A stretch of DNA of 60,446 nucleotides. It comes from Spirogloea muscicola (taxonomy: Eukaryota). The stretch lies in contig WELB01000032.1 of assembly GCA_009602725.1 (NCBI GenBank), forward strand, positions 46,508 through 106,953. Direction: 5' to 3'. The translations under genes and the position numbers were made by a program. Below, in pieces: positions 60,149 to 60,446 of this stretch. The notes beneath the pieces are model-generated. The model saw nothing but the letters and a program-made list of their open reading frames with translations, did not search any database and was not told the origin of the DNA. Positions within the stretch are counted from its first letter, which is position 1. Each line of letters begins with the position of its first letter.

Positions 60149-60446
60149 GTCGACCCAAGCATTCTCAAGTCATTCAAGTACCCCTCTCAAGCTCCAGGAT
60201 TCCTGGAAGCCCGAGGATCGTCAATAGGGCCCGAGGATTGTCAATTGGACTCAAGGTGAAAGACAGATGTGCTGCTTCTGCAACATATTGGGCGAAAACA
60301 CGAGGGAGAGCGGAGAAGGTGAAAGACCGGGGGGGGAGGGGGAGAGATGGGCGTTGGCTCGAAGGGGGATGGAGGGGTCGTGAGGATTTGTGGCAGATGA
60401 GCACAGCAGGGGCTGGGGAGAAGCTAAGGAAGAAAGAGGGGGAGGG

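Overview
Intron-rich eukaryotic nuclear DNA with plant-type genes. It is most likely a streptophyte green alga, inferred from TGD5, a LOB-domain gene, plant-clade SEC23A/AP-4 epsilon and GC-rich 5' ends; the species cannot be determined. From about 16 kb to the end the window is gene-dense: AP-4 epsilon, TGD5, peroxisomal enoyl-CoA hydratase, SEC23, a plastid rubredoxin-like protein, an NDUFA12-family protein, an L7Ae/RPP38-like protein, a Shg1/BOD1-domain protein, SCO1, RNF113/Cwc24, a secreted Pro/Lys-rich Cys-domain protein, a CHRD-domain protein and a Methyltransf_29-type methyltransferase. Eight of these form four head-to-head pairs. The first 16 kb is mostly degenerate repeats plus one divergent LBD gene. 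The most striking structure is a multi-subfamily CRE-like (restriction-like endonuclease) non-LTR retrotransposon. An RT fragment, RLE fragments and roughly 30 5'-truncated 3' ends are present. The 3' ends share a GGCTG..CAGCC hairpin, and about ten also keep a ..SDLxLL(S/T)RGY* protein tail. They are intergenic, sit in all four divergent promoters and pile up in tandem or tail-to-tail clusters. Other notable items are a probable CUG start for AP-4 epsilon, three GC-AG introns, a duplicated intron in the LBD gene and a 92-bp near-perfect palindrome. All exon coordinates were derived by hand and need RNA-seq confirmation.
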